Below, piece after piece: positions 41,183 to 43,898 of a stretch of DNA of 43,898 nt. The stretch spans positions 1 to 43,898 of the IMG/VR virus record IMGVR_UViG_3300037350_000014; one strand, 5' to 3'. The translations under genes were made by a program, and so were the position numbers. The notes under the pieces were generated by a model. It saw nothing but the letters and a program-made list of their open reading frames with translations. It searched no databases and had not been told where the DNA came from. Every line of letters starts with the position of its first letter. Within the stretch, counting starts at the first letter, position 1. The DNA is from a virus (taxonomy: Duplodnaviria > Caudoviricetes).

Positions 41183-42315
41183 TTACGTTCAGCCTCGCGG
41201 GCCGTCTGCTGGAGGGCGAGCGCGTCTAACTCTGCATGCAGTCGGCTGATGTCAGCGTGCTCATTTTTGCGTCGTGCGTAGCAGGCCCATCCGTTCGTTG
41301 CTTGCTTGGCGAGCGAATGCGTGGCCCTCAAGTCCGCCTCGACTGCGGCGAGACGGGCCAACATATCGGCAATCTGCTTGGTGACACCAGCGCCGTAGTA
41401 GCCTCCTTCGGCCATGTCGCCTTGGAGAATCGCGATCATCGCGTGAACGTCGGCCACGTTCGTTTCGTGCCATCGCGCTTTCTGCCAACCAGCGGCAGCG
41501 TTCTCGCCGTTCCGCTCCACCGGCGCAGCGGCCGAGGGGTCCGGCGCGACAGCGTTAAACGTGAGAGATTGGCCCGTGAGCGGTTTGTCCGTGGCCCACA
41601 GGTTGGCTGTGAACGATTCTCCAGCCGTCGCGAACACGTCCACAATGCAAGAGAGGCAGAGGTATTCCGAGATTCCCTGCGCCCGCACGACGCGATTCCA
41701 TGTCTCGCTGTCAATGGTCGTGTCGAACCAATATGCGCCATGACAGCGAGAGCATACGGGCGCAGGCTTCGCCGTCTCCCCCGCTGGCGTCACCGCCGCA
41801 GGGACGCAATGGAAGCACTGAAACTCGCCCGTTGGCGTGGCGCGATCCGTCGAAGCGTTGACCGGCGCGTAGGTGAACTTCTCAACCATCACGAAGCCGC
41901 ATTTTGTGCAGCGCGGTCCGGTGTCTGGCTTTCCATTCCCGATAGGCTCGTGAGCCGAGCATGTGAACGCGCGCCCATTAACAGGATCGGCGTGCCAGCC
42001 GAATTTAGAGCAATGACGCTCCATGTAGCTATCTGGACGCTTCACTATGTCCCCAGCAAACCTGCATGTTTCGCACGTCTCAATCTGTGCCGCCGCAGGG
42101 ACGCGCACGAGACGACCGCCACACGGCTGCTCGTCTGGCGTCGTCAGTCGCGTGCAGAAGCACATGGCGGCATTGGCCACCCACGAGTAGCGGTGGCCGC
42201 ACCGATCACACTGATAGCCGGGCGTCTCCGCCTGTGCGGGCGCGGGCGGGAGGGGCGTCACCGAACTAAGCCCATTGACATTAGCCAGACGCTTTAATTC
42301 GTCCTGAAAGCTCAT
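41179..42315 (-). CDS. Mosaic multi-zinc-finger protein
   Basis: GAGGAG SD; four CxxC modules separated by Pro/Ala linkers. Confidence 0.7.
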   Translation of the reverse strand: MSFQDELKRLANVNGLSSVTPLPPAPAQAETPGYQCDRCGHRYSWVANAAMCFCTRLTTPDEQPCGGRLVRVPAAAQIETCETCRFAGDIVKRPDSYMERHCSKFGWHADPVNGRAFTCSAHEPIGNGKPDTGPRCTKCGFVMVEKFTYAPVNASTDRATPTGEFQCFHCVPAAVTPAGETAKPAPVCSRCHGAYWFDTTIDSETWNRVVRAQGISEYLCLSCIVDVFATAGESFTANLWATDKPLTGQSLTFNAVAPDPSAAAPVERNGENAAAGWQKARWHETNVADVHAMIAILQGDMAEGGYYGAGVTKQIADMLARLAAVEADLRATHSLAKQATNGWACYARRKNEHADISRLHAELDALALQQTAREAERK

Positions 42316-42346
42316 CGCTTATCTCCTCTCGCGCGCAGGGGCGCGA

Positions 42347-42685
42347 TCAATTCAGCGACACGCCGCTCGGCGGTTCACTCGGCGGCAATCGTTCGAGTTC
42401 TTCGGCGATCCGCGCCTTTGTCTCGTCCATCGCGCGCATCACGTCCGCCGCGACTTTTCGCAGCGCCAGGTTCGCCATCTTCGCCTGCTCGGGACCAACT
42501 CGACCCTCGGAAAGACGCTTGTCGTACGTGTCGAGCACGCCGTAGAACATCTGCGCGCCGGCCGCAACGCACAGCCGCGGCACGTCCTCGCTCGGCCAGT
42601 CCATGAGTTGCGCGAGCGTGTTCGCGACGGCAAAGAGCCCATCGACGCAGCGCCCGATCTTGACCGCTTGATCGTCGGACTTCAT
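42347..42685 (-). CDS. Hypothetical protein
   Basis: ATGA-coupled. Confidence 0.6.
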   Translation of the reverse strand: MKSDDQAVKIGRCVDGLFAVANTLAQLMDWPSEDVPRLCVAAGAQMFYGVLDTYDKRLSEGRVGPEQAKMANLALRKVAADVMRAMDETKARIAEELERLPPSEPPSGVSLN

Positions 42686-43155
42686 CGCGGCACCTGCTGC
42701 TCGATCGTCTCGTACGCGTCCCGCATGAACTGCGCGTTATAGCCCATCGCGTCCTGCCACGCTTGCAGGTTCGCGGTAGCCGGTTCAGCCGCGTGCGCGT
42801 GGAGCAAGTCGGCGTACCTGCGCAGCGACAGCGACACCAGCGCGAGCAACCGCAGCCGCTCGTTCGGCTCGGCCTGATCCCACTTCAGATTCCCGAGCGA
42901 GGTGTGCAGCATGTCGAGCATGATCCACAGCGTCGTGTCGCCATTCTGGGAGCGGTCCACGAGGTTGTTCACGAGGATCGCCAGCCGGTTCAACGTCGCT
43001 GGGTAGAGCGTCTTCAGCACGTCGGCCGACTGCGCGGGCGTCAACCCTGGCACGTCCACCTCGGGAATCGCGGCGCCGTCGCGTGCGGCCATGTAATCGG
43101 TCGACACTTCGAGCGGCGGAATCGGATCGGGCTTTTTCGTCGCGTCGTCAGTCAT
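42682..43155 (-). CDS. Hypothetical protein
   Basis: AAGGA SD; 8-nt overlap with the initiator gene. Confidence 0.6.
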   Translation of the reverse strand: MTDDATKKPDPIPPLEVSTDYMAARDGAAIPEVDVPGLTPAQSADVLKTLYPATLNRLAILVNNLVDRSQNGDTTLWIMLDMLHTSLGNLKWDQAEPNERLRLLALVSLSLRRYADLLHAHAAEPATANLQAWQDAMGYNAQFMRDAYETIEQQVPR

Positions 43156-43898
43156 GGAGCAGTTCCTTTGCTTCGTTGGTGAATTGGAGTTCGCCCTTCA
43201 CAAGTACGAACAGATCGGGTTGAAGTGCGATGGTTTCTTCGCGCCACGCGAGGAACATCGCGGCGTTGCGGTAGGACTCCTCGGCGTCGTCCGGCCAGAG
43301 CATCTTCGCGACCGCGGGAACCTCGCGCTTGGCCTCAACCCATGGCAGTGAACCCCCGCGCGACCTCAGTAGTTCTTCCAAAAGGAACACGGCTCCATCG
43401 ATGGGAGGGGTTGGCGGACGGGGCACCGCTGCGCGTGCGGCCTCCGCGCGTCCTTCGGCGAGGATTCGGGCGTTGTACTCGCTGGTCGTCTCACGCGGGC
43501 CGTCAGGCCGTTCCTGAGCGGACGGTAGATGGAACGGTTCGTCTTCCCAGCCGCGCCGGTTGAGCCACGTCGAGGGGTGCGGGATGTACTGCCCGGCGTC
43601 CTTCGTCCACGCCGGTTGTTTCAATTGCCACTGGATCGCGCTAAGGACATCCAGGCGCGTCGGCTTCTGTTTCTGCCACGCTTTCCACGCCGCTCCCTTT
43701 CCGACTCGTTTCGGGTAGACGGCCCAAAATTGGTCGAAGTCTTCCTCCAGCGCGGTCTTTGCGCGAGAGGGTTTGATCTTGTCTGCTTCTGCTTCTGCTT
43801 CTGCTTCTGCATTGTCTACACAACTGTCATTGTGCTTGACGGTCAATGACGAATTGCGACGTTCGGTGACACCCTTGCTACGCGAACGGTACTCGGCC
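43148..43898 (-). CDS. Phage replication initiator, 3' part
   Basis: FDQFWAVYPKRVGK..AWKAW..YIPHPSTWLNRRGWEDE, the conserved C-domain of phage replication initiators. Confidence 0.85.
   Translation of the reverse strand, partial: AEYRSRSKGVTERRNSSLTVKHNDSCVDNAEAEAEAEADKIKPSRAKTALEEDFDQFWAVYPKRVGKGAAWKAWQKQKPTRLDVLSAIQWQLKQPAWTKDAGQYIPHPSTWLNRRGWEDEPFHLPSAQERPDGPRETTSEYNARILAEGRAEAARAAVPRPPTPPIDGAVFLLEELLRSRGGSLPWVEAKREVPAVAKMLWPDDAEESYRNAAMFLAWREETIALQPDLFVLVKGELQFTNEAKELLHD
43684..43898. repeat. Terminal direct repeat, right copy
   Basis: Matches 1-221 with one fewer TCTGCT unit. Confidence 0.97.

Overview
The window appears to be a complete, circularly permuted genome (about 43.7 kb, GC-rich) of a tailed podovirus-like phage. 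Bases 1-221 repeat at 43684-43898, differing by one 6-bp unit. A leftward early/middle arm (about 8.7 kb down to 1, continuing 43.7 kb down to 39.2 kb) encodes many small and Cys-rich proteins, a RecE-like exonuclease, a Sak4-like AAA ATPase, a DUF559/Vsr-like nuclease and a replication initiator spanning the contig junction. A rightward late arm (10.1-39.2 kb) encodes a tRNA(CAU), small and large terminase, a cold-shock protein, portal, scaffold, major capsid, an LRR-like protein, adaptor and nozzle proteins, a tail fibre, an M15A endolysin, a holin candidate and ejection-like proteins. I saw no integrase, CI-type repressor, polymerase, reverse transcriptase or CRISPR array. An Acidobacteriota (Vicinamibacteria-like) host is a tentative inference from the Csp and Thivi_2564-type genes. 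The most unusual signals concern RNA and translation: a chimeric initiator/elongator tRNA-Met followed by a highly structured ~200-nt RNA, a second candidate ncRNA in the control region, six in-frame stop-NNN-start junctions (one apparently splitting the tail nozzle), shared CCAA-loop hairpins before scaffold and capsid, and Zn-ribbon insertions in both TerL and portal. All protein calls come from motif recognition by eye; no database search was run.
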